NCBI GenBank assembly: GCA_963780225.1 | Contig: CAWAAX010000027.1 | Span: 32,001-96,000 of the forward strand | From: an uncultured bacterium | Lineage (GTDB): Bacteria; Edwardsbacteria; AC1; EtOH8 | Direction: 5' to 3' | Length of the DNA stretch: 64,000 bases | Shown: piece after piece, positions 19,905 to 28,656 of the stretch | How the letters are laid out: each line of letters begins with the position of its first letter | Numbering within the stretch: the first letter of the stretch is position 1 | Notes under the pieces: generated by a model | Told to the model about the DNA's origin: nothing | Database searches by the model: none | The model's input: only the letters and a program-made list of their open reading frames with translations | Position numbers and translations under genes: made by a program

Positions 19905-21462
19905 GTTTCTCTGGTTTAGCTCCGGCCGGTCTCAGCATCTTGAACATCTCCATCAGCTCGGCTATCCGGAACAACCGGGCCAGGCCCAGATAGACCGCCC
20001 CCAGCCCCAGCATCATGGCCGCCAGGTAGAATATCTTGGGGCCCAGATGCCCGCCGTCCACCCAGCGCAGCCAGCCCAGGCTCAGACCCCAGCCCATCAG
20101 GCCTACCAGGACCGAAGCCGCCGCAGTTTTCAGCAGCACCGGCAGCAGCAAACTCAGTTTGATCTCCCGGACCCGGGACCGGATCAGCCACAGGCTTAAA
20201 AGCGCAATCAGGGTGTAGGCGGCGGCATGCCCCAGGGCCAGCCCGTCCACCCCCAGCTTCCCGATCACCAGCAGGTTGAATACGGAGTTGAAGGCATTGC
20301 CGATGAAGTTGAGCACCATCGGGGTCTTGGTGTCCTGCAGGGAATAAAAGACCCGGTTCAGGAAAAGGTATAAAGTAAAGGAGAACAGCCCCAGCGAATA
20401 CAGGGACAGCACCCGGGCCAGCAGAATGCTGTCGGCGGCGTGGAAGCGCCCGTGTTGCATCAGCGACTGGACGATGGGAAAACTGCAGGTGATCAGCACC
20501 GCCATGGACGGGATGATGCAGAGAGCGCTCCAGCTTATTCCCTGGCGGACGGAGCCGGCAAAACTTTCCCATTCCTTCTTCACCGCCTGGTGGGACAGCC
20601 CCGGCAGCAAAACGGTCCCGATGGACACCGCCAGCAGGCCGTGGGGCAGGATGTAAAAGGCGAATGCGTACTGCAGGGCCGAGACCCCGCCCTGGATGCC
20701 GATGGCCAGGTTGTTCTGGACTGTCAGGTTCAGCTGGTTGAAGGCCACGTAAAGTATCACCGGCAGGGAAAGCCGGAAGGTCTTGACCACCGCCGGGTGC
20801 CTGAAGTCCACTGTGAAATGGTATTTAAAGCCGCAGTCCTTAAGGCCGGGAAGAAGGAACAGCACCTGGACCAGCACCCCGAAGGTGGTGCCGAGGGCCA
20901 GCCCGGCCGGGCCGAACCAGGGGAACAGTTTGTAGGCGAACAGGGAGGCGATGACCACCAGGTTGTTGGCCACCGGGGCGTATGCCACCGCAGCGAACTT
21001 GCCCCGGGCGTTAAGCACCCCCCCGCCGATGGCCGAAAGCCCGTAGAAGAAGATCTGGGGGATGAAGAACCAGAAGAAGAACAGCACCTGTTCCCGGGTG
21101 GCGGTCTGGGCCTTCAGGGTCTGGATGTAGACCAGGAAGGGCGCGGCGGCTAAGCAGACCAGGGTGGTGGCGGCCATCACCAGCAGTCCGGCGTTGATCA
21201 CCTGGCTGATGTTGAGCCAGGCCTGTTTTGGCTCTTGTTGGGAAAGCTGTTCCACGATCACCGGGATGAACACCGCCGACAGGATCCCGCCCAGGATCAG
21301 CTCGTAGATCATGGTGGGCAGGACGTGGGCCAGGTTGTAGGCGTCGGCCAGCGGGGTAAAGCCCAGCACCGCCCCCAGCGCCGCCCATTTGACGAACCCG
21401 GTCAGGCGCGAGAACAGGGTGCCCAAGGACATCCCGGCTATTGATTTGAGGGTTTTGCTCAT
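19900..21462 (-). CDS. murJ: Lipid II flippase MurJ (MviN)
   Basis: TLFSRLTGF, ADAYNLA...P...GGILSAVFIP, FYSLQDTKTP; polytopic membrane protein. Confidence 0.92.
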   Translation of the reverse strand: MSKTLKSIAGMSLGTLFSRLTGFVKWAALGAVLGFTPLADAYNLAHVLPTMIYELILGGILSAVFIPVIVEQLSQQEPKQAWLNISQVINAGLLVMAATTLVCLAAAPFLVYIQTLKAQTATREQVLFFFWFFIPQIFFYGLSAIGGGVLNARGKFAAVAYAPVANNLVVIASLFAYKLFPWFGPAGLALGTTFGVLVQVLFLLPGLKDCGFKYHFTVDFRHPAVVKTFRLSLPVILYVAFNQLNLTVQNNLAIGIQGGVSALQYAFAFYILPHGLLAVSIGTVLLPGLSHQAVKKEWESFAGSVRQGISWSALCIIPSMAVLITCSFPIVQSLMQHGRFHAADSILLARVLSLYSLGLFSFTLYLFLNRVFYSLQDTKTPMVLNFIGNAFNSVFNLLVIGKLGVDGLALGHAAAYTLIALLSLWLIRSRVREIKLSLLLPVLLKTAAASVLVGLMGWGLSLGWLRWVDGGHLGPKIFYLAAMMLGLGAVYLGLARLFRIAELMEMFKMLRPAGAKPEKL

Positions 21463-21469
21463 ATAAATG

Positions 21470-21498
21470 ATTATACCTTATTTTGGGGCAAGGCTCAA
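21470..21498 (-). promoter_or_regulatory. Putative sigma70 promoter of murJ (leaderless geometry)
   Basis: TTGAGC-N17-TATAAT with the ATG 7 nt downstream of the -10 box. Confidence 0.6.
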
Positions 21499-21514
21499 TT
21501 GTTTTTTTACCTCT

Positions 21515-21640
21515 CCCCCCATGGTAGGGACACGGCATGCCGTGTCCCTACCATGGGGGGGTCAAAAGAAACAGTCCTGCGGTATCCGCAGGACTGTTTG
21601 GTACAACCCTGTTTATGAACACGGCTCGCCGTGTTCATAC
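21515..21640. repeat. GTAG-tagged REP-like palindrome cluster
   Basis: gtagggacacggcatgccgtgtccctac inside a longer perfect palindrome 21515-21560; hairpin 21569-21599; variant tatgaacacggctcgccgtgttcata 21614-21639. Confidence 0.85.
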
Positions 21641-21702
21641 GGGTAATCTTACCCAGATGAAATATCTTTTGTGTCTTTGTGCCTTGGTGGCAAACGGTCA
21701 CC

Positions 21703-21903
21703 CTATTTCAATCCCACCAACGTCTGCGCCTTGTTCGGGGTGAACTTCACCTTGCCCTCCCGGGCCAGCCAGCCCAGGGACAGGTAAAGTTGCTTGTCGT
21801 CCAGCTTGGCCAGTTTTTTAAGGGAGCTGAGGTTCTGGGTCCCCTTGGCGTTTAGCGCTTTCCATATTGCCCCGGCATTTTGGCCGATGATCGCAGTCCA
21901 CAT
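21703..21903 (-). CDS. Small winged-helix protein (DUF2582-like)
   Basis: IGQNAGAIWKAL...LYLSLGWLAREGKV; GGAGG RBS before the ATG at 21903. Confidence 0.85.
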   Translation of the reverse strand: MWTAIIGQNAGAIWKALNAKGTQNLSSLKKLAKLDDKQLYLSLGWLAREGKVKFTPNKAQTLVGLK

Positions 21904-22068
21904 TTTAGTTCCTCCCTCATTATATATGGTAAAAAGCGGATGCAAACGAGTGTAAAGTATCTTATAAGAATACACCCTAATCTTGACAAAATCAAGAAAT
22001 ATTTTATCTCCCCTACCTCCTTCTCCTATGTCTGCACTGGGCTGAGTCGATGATTGGAGTGGGGAACA

Positions 22069-22106
22069 AAAACCCTCTCTCCTGGATTACCAGGAGAGAG
22101 GGTTTT
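22069..22106. terminator. Intrinsic terminator-like hairpin
   Basis: aaaaccctctctcctgg-atta-ccaggagagagggtttt downstream of the GT2 gene. Confidence 0.7.
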
Positions 22107-22114
22107 ATCTGGAT

Positions 22115-22218
22115 GGTGGTTTCGATACACCCCGCCGTCGGCTGAGTGGCTGGCATTTCGATAGATTTGCACTTCGAAATGCCAGATGTATCGAAGCCAG
22201 GCGGGGCACTCAACCACC
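22115..22218. repeat. Four-layer nested palindrome
   Basis: ggtggtttcgatac...actcaaccacc > ccccgcc...ggcgggg > ggctgag...tcgaagcc > ctggcatttcga...tcgaaatgccag. Confidence 0.8.
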
Positions 22219-22226
22219 GGCCAGGA

Positions 22227-23690
22227 CTAATTTCTAAAACTATGCGCCACCGACAGACTCCCCACGAACAAGAATCCCAGCCAGTACAACAGCAAAAACG
22301 GCACCGAGGCCAGTTGCATGTGCTCAAAGGCGTACCACAAGGCCGCCGAGGTGTAGACCACCAAAAGCAGTTCCAGCACCACCGTCAGTTCGAACTTGGC
22401 CTTGTACTTCTTCCCCGACCAGCCCTTGGGCTTGCCCAGGGTCAGATTGTACTTGGGGGTGCGGGCAAAGGCGCTCTGGCGGTTGAGCAGGGCGCTGAAC
22501 ACCGCCTTGGAGTTGATCACCGACAAGCCGATGGCCCCGGCCATCAGGATCGGCAAAAAGCAGATGCGGCGGCGCCAGTCAGGATAGATCTCCTTTTGGG
22601 CGTAGATGTAGAAGATGGGATAGCTGAAGGCGCAAAGTGTGAAGACCGTGGCCCCGATGAAGAAGCCCCGGGAAGCAGCCTGGGAAACCTTGAGGATCAT
22701 CATAGGGAAGGACAGCAGGGTCACCATCAGCATCACCGGAAAGACGATGTGGTTGGTCAGGTGGACGGTGGCCTCCCATTTGCGCAGGCCGGAAAGCTTG
22801 GGATCACGCCAGATACGGGGCAGAAGTTTCTTGGCGGTCTGGATGGCGCCCTTGGCCCAGCGGTACTGCTGAGCCTTGTAGCCATGGACCTCCTCCGGTA
22901 CCTCGGCCGGGCAGACGATGTCGTTGACGTAGACGAACTCCCATCCGGCCAGCTGGGCCCGGTAGGAAAGGTCCATGTCCTCGGTCAGGGTGTCCTGCTG
23001 CCAGTCGCCGGCGTTGACTATGGCCTCCTTCCGCCAGACCCCGGCGGTGCCGTTGAAGTTCATGAAGATGCCGGAAGAATTGCGGGCCCCGTGCTCTATC
23101 ACGAAATGGGCGTCCAGTCCTATGGCCTGGCCCTTGGTCAGCAGCGAAGCCTGGCCGTTGATGTGGCCCCAGCGGGCCTGCACCAGACCGATCTTGGGCG
23201 AGGAGAAATAGGGCATCATGTTCTTGAGGAAATCGGACGGGGGCACGAAGTCGGCGTCGAAGATGGCCAGGAACTCGCCCTTAGCCGCGGCCAGTCCGGC
23301 CTTAAGCGCTCCGGCCTTGAAGCCGCTGCGGTCGGTGCGGTGCAGGTGGACGATGTTGATCCCCTGTCTGCGGTACTTTTCGGCCAGCTGCCCGGCGTGC
23401 TCCCTGGTCTCGTCGGTGGAGTCATCCAGCACCTGGATCTCCAGCTTGTCCTTGGGATAGTCCAGGGCGGCCGCCGAGTCTATCAGCCGCTCCACCACAT
23501 ACTTCTCGTTGTAGATGGGAAGCTGCACCGTGACCGTGGGCCATTCGGTGATCTGGCAGCGGACCTTTTGGCGGTTGATCCTGTTTTTGCGGTAAAGATA
23601 GACCATCAGATATGCATGGAAGGAGTACACCGAGAGCACCAGCATCATCAGGCAGTAAAATACCAGCAAAAGGATATCGTAGGTGGACAT
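22227..23690 (-). CDS. Membrane glycosyltransferase family 2 (cellulose synthase-like)
   Basis: QLPIYNE, DDSTD, GFKAGAL, FDADF, TED and QQYRW (QxxRW) motifs of processive GT2. Confidence 0.93.
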   Translation of the reverse strand: MSTYDILLLVFYCLMMLVLSVYSFHAYLMVYLYRKNRINRQKVRCQITEWPTVTVQLPIYNEKYVVERLIDSAAALDYPKDKLEIQVLDDSTDETREHAGQLAEKYRRQGINIVHLHRTDRSGFKAGALKAGLAAAKGEFLAIFDADFVPPSDFLKNMMPYFSSPKIGLVQARWGHINGQASLLTKGQAIGLDAHFVIEHGARNSSGIFMNFNGTAGVWRKEAIVNAGDWQQDTLTEDMDLSYRAQLAGWEFVYVNDIVCPAEVPEEVHGYKAQQYRWAKGAIQTAKKLLPRIWRDPKLSGLRKWEATVHLTNHIVFPVMLMVTLLSFPMMILKVSQAASRGFFIGATVFTLCAFSYPIFYIYAQKEIYPDWRRRICFLPILMAGAIGLSVINSKAVFSALLNRQSAFARTPKYNLTLGKPKGWSGKKYKAKFELTVVLELLLVVYTSAALWYAFEHMQLASVPFLLLYWLGFLFVGSLSVAHSFRN

Positions 23691-23725
23691 GGTATTGTTA
23701 TATGATAGTATTGAACATTACAGTT

Positions 23726-23906
23726 CCTAAACTCTAAACCCTAAACCCTAAACTCTAAACCCTAAAAACTAAACCCTAAACTCTAAAACTTAAACTCTAA
23801 AACCTAAACAATATCAAAGCACTAAAAAAACCATAAACAGTTTGGAGATTGCCTGATTTCGGATATTAGATTTTGTTTAGGATTTAGGATTTTGATATTA
23901 GAATTT
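23726..23906. repeat. Heptamer-periodic inverted-repeat element, copy B, with a 12-unit expanded arm
   Basis: (c/t)ctaaac-type heptamer x12 at 23726-23809, central aaacagttt, right arm ttgtttaggatttaggattttgatattagaattt. Confidence 0.9.
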
Positions 23907-23912
23907 CCGGTG

Positions 23913-24491
23913 TCAGCTGAGGTTCTTCAGCACCATCTTGGCCACCGACTTCAGGGTCTCGAACACCCCATAGCCCTGGTGGGCCACCGCCTCGATCTCC
24001 GGAGAGTTGAACTTGTTCAGTTGCCCCCTCAGCTCATCCACCGAAGCAATGTTGGGCAGGTCCCTTTTGTTGTACTGGATGATGAAGGGAATGGTCTGGA
24101 TGTTCAGCCCATACTCCGTCATGTTGTCCTGGAGATTGGCCATGGATTCCACGTTGGCCTCCAGCCTTTCCACCTGGGAATCGGCCACAAACACCACCCC
24201 GTCCACGCCCCTCAGGATCAGCTTGCGGCTGGCGTTATAGAACACCTGTCCCGGCACCGTATAAAGATGGAACCTGGTCTTGAATCCCTTGATGCTCCCC
24301 AGGTCCAGCGGCAAAAAGTCGAAGAACAGGGTCCGGTCCAGTTCGGTAGCCAGGGAGATCAGCTTGCCTTTGGCCTCGGGCGCCACCTTGGTGTAAATGT
24401 GCTTGATATTGGTGGTCTTGCCGCAAAGGCCGCATCCGTAGTAGACGATCTTGCAGTTGATCTCGCGCGATGAATAATTTATTAACGACAC
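23913..24491 (-). CDS. mglA: MglA-family small Ras-like GTPase
   Basis: [41 protein letters not shown]. Confidence 0.96.
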   Translation of the reverse strand: MSLINYSSREINCKIVYYGCGLCGKTTNIKHIYTKVAPEAKGKLISLATELDRTLFFDFLPLDLGSIKGFKTRFHLYTVPGQVFYNASRKLILRGVDGVVFVADSQVERLEANVESMANLQDNMTEYGLNIQTIPFIIQYNKRDLPNIASVDELRGQLNKFNSPEIEAVAHQGYGVFETLKSVAKMVLKNLS

Positions 24492-24506
24492 TTTTGGCGC
24501 TCCCGG

Positions 24507-25013
24507 CTACTTAAAAAGGTTATCCAGCTCGGATTCTGCCTCGGAGGCGAAATCGGAACCGAAATTTGAACCCGACAGCGGCGGGGGCGGGGGTGATTCC
24601 TCTAACTTGGCAAAGATGGTCTGGAACATCTTGATCAGTTCGGCCACCGTCTGCTTGGTGCGGACCCGCACCAGGCCCAAGGTGGTACGCTGGTCGAAAA
24701 TCACCGCCAGCATCACCCTGGATTCGATGGAGGCTACGTAGATGTTCTGTTTCTCCCCCTGATGGAACAGGGTGGAGAATTCCTTCTCCCCCACCAGCAT
24801 GGCCAGCTGGCTGGTGGCCGCAAAATCGGCGGCCGAGAGCGAGGCGAACGAGGTGGTGTCCAGCTGGCTGATGTCCCCGGCCGTGGTGATCAGCTGGCCG
24901 GCTTTGTCTATCAGCAGCACCGCCAGGGAATTGGTGTTCTTAAGGAGCTGGTTCAATAGCTCGTTAATAGACCAAAAATCGTCCTCGAACACGTTTAAAT
25001 TTTCAACCGGCAC
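24507..25013 (-). CDS. mglB: Roadblock/LC7 protein MglB
   Basis: LIDKAGQLI...FHQGEK...TTLGLVRVR; adjacent to mglA. Confidence 0.93.
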   Translation of the reverse strand: MPVENLNVFEDDFWSINELLNQLLKNTNSLAVLLIDKAGQLITTAGDISQLDTTSFASLSAADFAATSQLAMLVGEKEFSTLFHQGEKQNIYVASIESRVMLAVIFDQRTTLGLVRVRTKQTVAELIKMFQTIFAKLEESPPPPPLSGSNFGSDFASEAESELDNLFK

Positions 25014-25059
25014 TTTAATTCACCTCTAAAAATTTTCTTATTGAGGCTCCCGTTTCGGT

Positions 25060-25192
25060 AAATCCTAATATCTAATATCGAATATCTAAACAAGCTCGAA
25101 TTTATTAATCTCGAAACCGCAAACTGTTCGAGGGATTGAGCGTTTTGGTTATTGGTATTTGTTTCGGATTTATTGTTTAGTGATTAGGATTT
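25060..25192. repeat. Heptamer-periodic inverted-repeat element, copy C
   Basis: aaatcctaatatctaatatcgaatatctaaacaagctc ... aaactgtt ... ttgtttcggatttattgtttagtgattaggattt. Confidence 0.85.
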
Positions 25193-25198
25193 GCTAAG

Positions 25199-26122
25199 CT
25201 AAAGGCTGCACTTCTTGCCCAGGTTCTCCCACCGCAGGTCGATGTCCTTCTGAATCTCTTCTATGATGGCCTGGTTCTCCGGGCGCTTCAGGTGGCGGAA
25301 CCGCTCCTGCTGGAACATCCATTCGGTGATGGGCTTTCTCTCCTTGGGGGTGTAGTTAAGCTTGTACTTGCCGTCCTCCACCTCGTACAGCGGCCAGAAA
25401 TTGGTCTCCACCGCCAGCCGCCCCAGCTCGGCGGTCAGCTCCGGCAGATAGCCCCAGCCCAGCCGGCAGGGCTGCAATACGGCGATGAAGGCCGGGCCGC
25501 CCTTGGCCAAAGCCTTTTCCACTTTCTTGGTGAAATCGGACCAGTTGCCCACCACGCTCTGGGCCACATAAGGAATGCCGTGGGCCGCTATGATCTCGGT
25601 CAGGTTCTTGCGGAACTGGATCTTGCCGGGGATTTTTTTGCCGTTGGGGCTGGTGGTGGTGGCGCTGCCCTTGGGGGTGGCCGAGGAGCGCTGGATCCCT
25701 GTGTTCATGTAGGCCTGGTTGTCGTAGCAGATGTAGAGCATGTTGTGGCCGCGCTCCATGGCGCCGGACAGGGCCTGCAGCCCGATGTCGTAGGTGCCGC
25801 CGTCGCCGCCGAAGGCCATGAAACGGATGTCCTCGGTGACCGTACCCTGGCGTTTCAGCGACTTGTAGGCCGCTTCGACGCCGGAGATGGTGGCCGCCGA
25901 GTTCTCGAAGGCGCTGTGGATGAAGGGCACGTCCCAGGCGGTATAGGGGAAGATGGTGGAGACCACTTCCAGACAGCCGGTGGCGCAGGTGGCCACTACC
26001 GGCTTGTCGCCGGCCGCCAGCAATGCCTGGCGGGCCACGATGGTGGCTCCGCACCCGGCGCAGGCCCGGTGTCCCCCGGTGAACTTGTCGCCCCGGGCCG
26101 CCAGTTCTTTAAGATTTGCCAT
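25199..26122 (-). CDS. porB: Pyruvate:ferredoxin oxidoreductase beta subunit
   Basis: [19 protein letters not shown] and [13 protein letters not shown]-binding motifs. Confidence 0.95.
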   Translation of the reverse strand: MANLKELAARGDKFTGGHRACAGCGATIVARQALLAAGDKPVVATCATGCLEVVSTIFPYTAWDVPFIHSAFENSAATISGVEAAYKSLKRQGTVTEDIRFMAFGGDGGTYDIGLQALSGAMERGHNMLYICYDNQAYMNTGIQRSSATPKGSATTTSPNGKKIPGKIQFRKNLTEIIAAHGIPYVAQSVVGNWSDFTKKVEKALAKGGPAFIAVLQPCRLGWGYLPELTAELGRLAVETNFWPLYEVEDGKYKLNYTPKERKPITEWMFQQERFRHLKRPENQAIIEEIQKDIDLRWENLGKKCSL

Positions 26123-26196
26123 TTTATATATTATCCTTGTAATAAAATTCTAAATTCAGAATTCAAAATTCAAAATTCTGCCTTCTGTTTTTGTAT

Positions 26197-27372
26197 TTAG
26201 TCCCGGACCCCCAGGTAGCTGACCGCATCGGCCTTGACCTTGCCGGCCTTCAGGTCCAGGAACAGGCCCTCGATCTGCTCCATGTCTATCTCCCGCCCGC
26301 CCAGGCCGTAGATCACGCCTGCTATCTGTGGCTTCTTGGCCGAGCCGTAAAGGGCCGAGCGGACCTCGGTGAACACCGGGCCACCGAAGCTGCCGATGGA
26401 GTCGGAGCGGTCCAGCACCGCCACCGTCTTGATGTTCTCCAGGGCCCTGGCGATCTCCTCGGCAGGGAAGGGGCGGAAGACCCGGATCTTCAGCAGTCCG
26501 GCCTTGACCCCCTGTTTGCGCAGCTTGTCGATGACCACCTTGGCGGTGCCGCAGGTGGAACCCAAGGCCACGATGGCCACTTCGGCGTCGTCCAGCTGGT
26601 ATTTCTCGATCAGGCCGTAATTGGTGTCGAACTTCTTCCCGAACTCGGCCCCCACTTCCTTGATGACCTTCAGGGCGTTGTTCTGGGCGTCCACCATGGC
26701 CCGGCGGTGTTCGAAGTAATAATCAGTCAGGTTGATGGCCCCCACGGTAAAGGGCTTCTTGATGTCCAGCAGATGCATCATGGGATCGTACTTACCGATG
26801 AAGTTCTGGACATCGGCGTCGGGCAGGGTGTCTATCCGCTCCATGCCGTGGGAGATGATGAAACCGTCGGTGGTGACCATCACCGGCAGGCGGACGTCCT
26901 TGTGCTCGGCTATCCGCATGGCCTGGATCATGCTGTCGTAGGCCTCCTGGGCGTTCTCGGAGAAGATGTGGATCCAGCCGGCGTCGCGGCAGCCCATGGT
27001 GTCGGAGTGGTCGCAGTGGATGTTGATGGGGGCCGCCAGCGCCCGGTTGACGTCGGCCATCACGATGGGCAGGCGCAGCCCGGCGGCGATGTAGATCATC
27101 TCGTACATCAGAGCCAGGCCCTGGGAGCTGGTGCCGGTCATGGTCCGGGCCCCGGCCGCGCATGATCCGATGCAGGCCGACATGGCCGAATGCTCGGACT
27201 CCACCGCCACGAACTCGGTCTTGACCTCGCCGTCGGCCACGTACTGGGAGAATATCTGGACGATCTCGGTGGCCGGGGTGATGGGATAGGCGGCCACCAC
27301 GTCGGGATTGATCTGCTTCATGGCCAGAGCCATGGCTTCGTTGCCTGTCTTGGCCAGTATTATCTTCTGCAT
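26197..27372 (-). CDS. porA: Pyruvate:ferredoxin oxidoreductase alpha subunit
   Basis: AAYPITP, ESEHSA, TSSQGL, RVFRPFP, YGLGGR. Confidence 0.95.
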   Translation of the reverse strand: MQKIILAKTGNEAMALAMKQINPDVVAAYPITPATEIVQIFSQYVADGEVKTEFVAVESEHSAMSACIGSCAAGARTMTGTSSQGLALMYEMIYIAAGLRLPIVMADVNRALAAPINIHCDHSDTMGCRDAGWIHIFSENAQEAYDSMIQAMRIAEHKDVRLPVMVTTDGFIISHGMERIDTLPDADVQNFIGKYDPMMHLLDIKKPFTVGAINLTDYYFEHRRAMVDAQNNALKVIKEVGAEFGKKFDTNYGLIEKYQLDDAEVAIVALGSTCGTAKVVIDKLRKQGVKAGLLKIRVFRPFPAEEIARALENIKTVAVLDRSDSIGSFGGPVFTEVRSALYGSAKKPQIAGVIYGLGGREIDMEQIEGLFLDLKAGKVKADAVSYLGVRD

Positions 27373-27373
27373 G

Positions 27374-27670
27374 CTATTTGACCTCCTCTTCCATGACGAT
27401 GGCCTTGACCTTCTTCTTGCCCGGGCACTCGTGGGCGCAGATGCCGCAGCCCTTGCAGTGGTCCAGGTTGAACCCCGTCACCTGGCCGTCCTTTAGGATG
27501 ACGGCGGAATCGGGACAGTAGACCCAGCAGAACAGGCACTGGATGCAGTTCTCGGGATGGTACACCGGCCTGGAGCTTCTCCAGTCCCCGGTCTTGAAAT
27601 CCACGGCGGTGCCGCTTTTTTCTATATTACCGCCCAGGGCCAGTTCTTTGTATTTCTTCAATTCGCTCAT
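27374..27670 (-). CDS. porD: Pyruvate:ferredoxin oxidoreductase delta subunit (2x[4Fe-4S])
   Basis: TGDWR...CIQCLFCWVYCP...CKGCGICAHECP; ATG at 27670 overlaps the porC stop. Confidence 0.94.
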   Translation of the reverse strand: MSELKKYKELALGGNIEKSGTAVDFKTGDWRSSRPVYHPENCIQCLFCWVYCPDSAVILKDGQVTGFNLDHCKGCGICAHECPGKKKVKAIVMEEEVK

Positions 27671-28233
27671 GCCGATTTTACCTCCTCTGCCGCCCGCTTC
27701 ATGGATTGGATGTTCCCCTCTATCACCTCCGGCCGGTGGGCGAATTTCTTGGCCAGCTTCTTTTCGGTGTCCTCCATCATGCTCTTGAAATCCAGGATCC
27801 CGGTGATCTTTACCAGGGCCGCCAGCATGGGGGTGTTGGGGATGTTCTTGCCTATGGTCTCCTCGGATATCTTGGAGGCATCCACTGTGAATATTTTGCC
27901 GTCGAACTTGACGGACTTCTTGATCTCCACCGCGTCCAGACCGGTGTTGATGATCAGCATGCCGTCCGCCCCCAGGCCCGCGGTGACGTTGACCGAAGCC
28001 ATCAGGGTGGGATCCAGCACCACCACCACCTTGGGCGATTTGACCGGGCAATGCATCAGGATTGGCTGTTCGTCGATGCGGTTGAAGGATTGCACCGGGG
28101 CGCCCATCCGCTCCGGCCCATACTCGGGAAAGGCCTGTACATACTTGCCGGCTGACAATGCGGCATCGGCCAGCAGCAGGGCTGCGGTCTTGGCTCCCTG
28201 ACCGCCCCGTCCATGCCATCTAATCTCGATCAT
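27667..28233 (-). CDS. porC: Pyruvate:ferredoxin oxidoreductase gamma subunit
   Basis: EIRWHGRGGQG, FPEYGPERMGAP, PNTPML. Confidence 0.95.
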   Translation of the reverse strand: MIEIRWHGRGGQGAKTAALLLADAALSAGKYVQAFPEYGPERMGAPVQSFNRIDEQPILMHCPVKSPKVVVVLDPTLMASVNVTAGLGADGMLIINTGLDAVEIKKSVKFDGKIFTVDASKISEETIGKNIPNTPMLAALVKITGILDFKSMMEDTEKKLAKKFAHRPEVIEGNIQSMKRAAEEVKSA

Positions 28234-28309
28234 ATTATATTGATAACTCCTATAAATTGCAGTAGGATAAAAAACTGTCCCCAGACTGAAAATGCCAAAG
28301 TAAATAGTT

Positions 28310-28338
28310 AGTATAGCTCAAAATATGGTAAAAGTCAA
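28310..28338 (-). promoter_or_regulatory. Putative sigma70 promoter of porCDAB
   Basis: TTGACT-N17-TATACT. Confidence 0.7.
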
Positions 28339-28580
28339 ATACTTTTTGATTATTATGGGGATACGCCTGTCCCGGAACCGCCAAACCCCCTAAATCGGAC
28401 CCAGGCTTCGGCAAACTCAGTCTAAAGCCTGACACTGATTAAGACAATTTATACCCGCTAAAACACCGCCACCGCCTATGGCGGGGTGCCTCTAAGAAGG
28501 AATAATTATTCTTATTTTGAAATATACCACTTTAAACATTTACATGCAATAAAAATATCGCTTTCCGCCTTCAAATAATC

Positions 28581-28609
28581 TTGATAATTTACACCGGTTA
28601 TGCTATACT
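28581..28609 (+). promoter_or_regulatory. Putative sigma70 promoter of tldD
   Basis: TTGATA-N17-TATACT with extended TG. Confidence 0.7.
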
Positions 28610-28656
28610 GAACATTTGAAATTCAACCAAATAATTCCGGGGAGAATAAATATTCC

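Noticed and set aside
22146..23705. Long antisense ORFs (519 aa here; also 1402-2409, 26191-27165, 42297-43193 and others)
   Set aside because: These are shadows of GC3-rich genes on the opposite strand, with no protein motifs.
23726..23809. Plant telomere-like (CCCTAAA)n next to a cellulose-synthase-like gene, suggesting eukaryotic DNA
   Set aside because: The units are degenerate and form the expanded left arm of the local heptamer hairpin family (copies at 12768 and 25060). The flanking genes are intron-free with host-like codon usage.
28340..28500. Riboswitch or ncRNA between porC and tldD
   Set aside because: It lies outside both predicted transcripts and contains only short palindromes of the local repeat families; no aptamer consensus was recognised.
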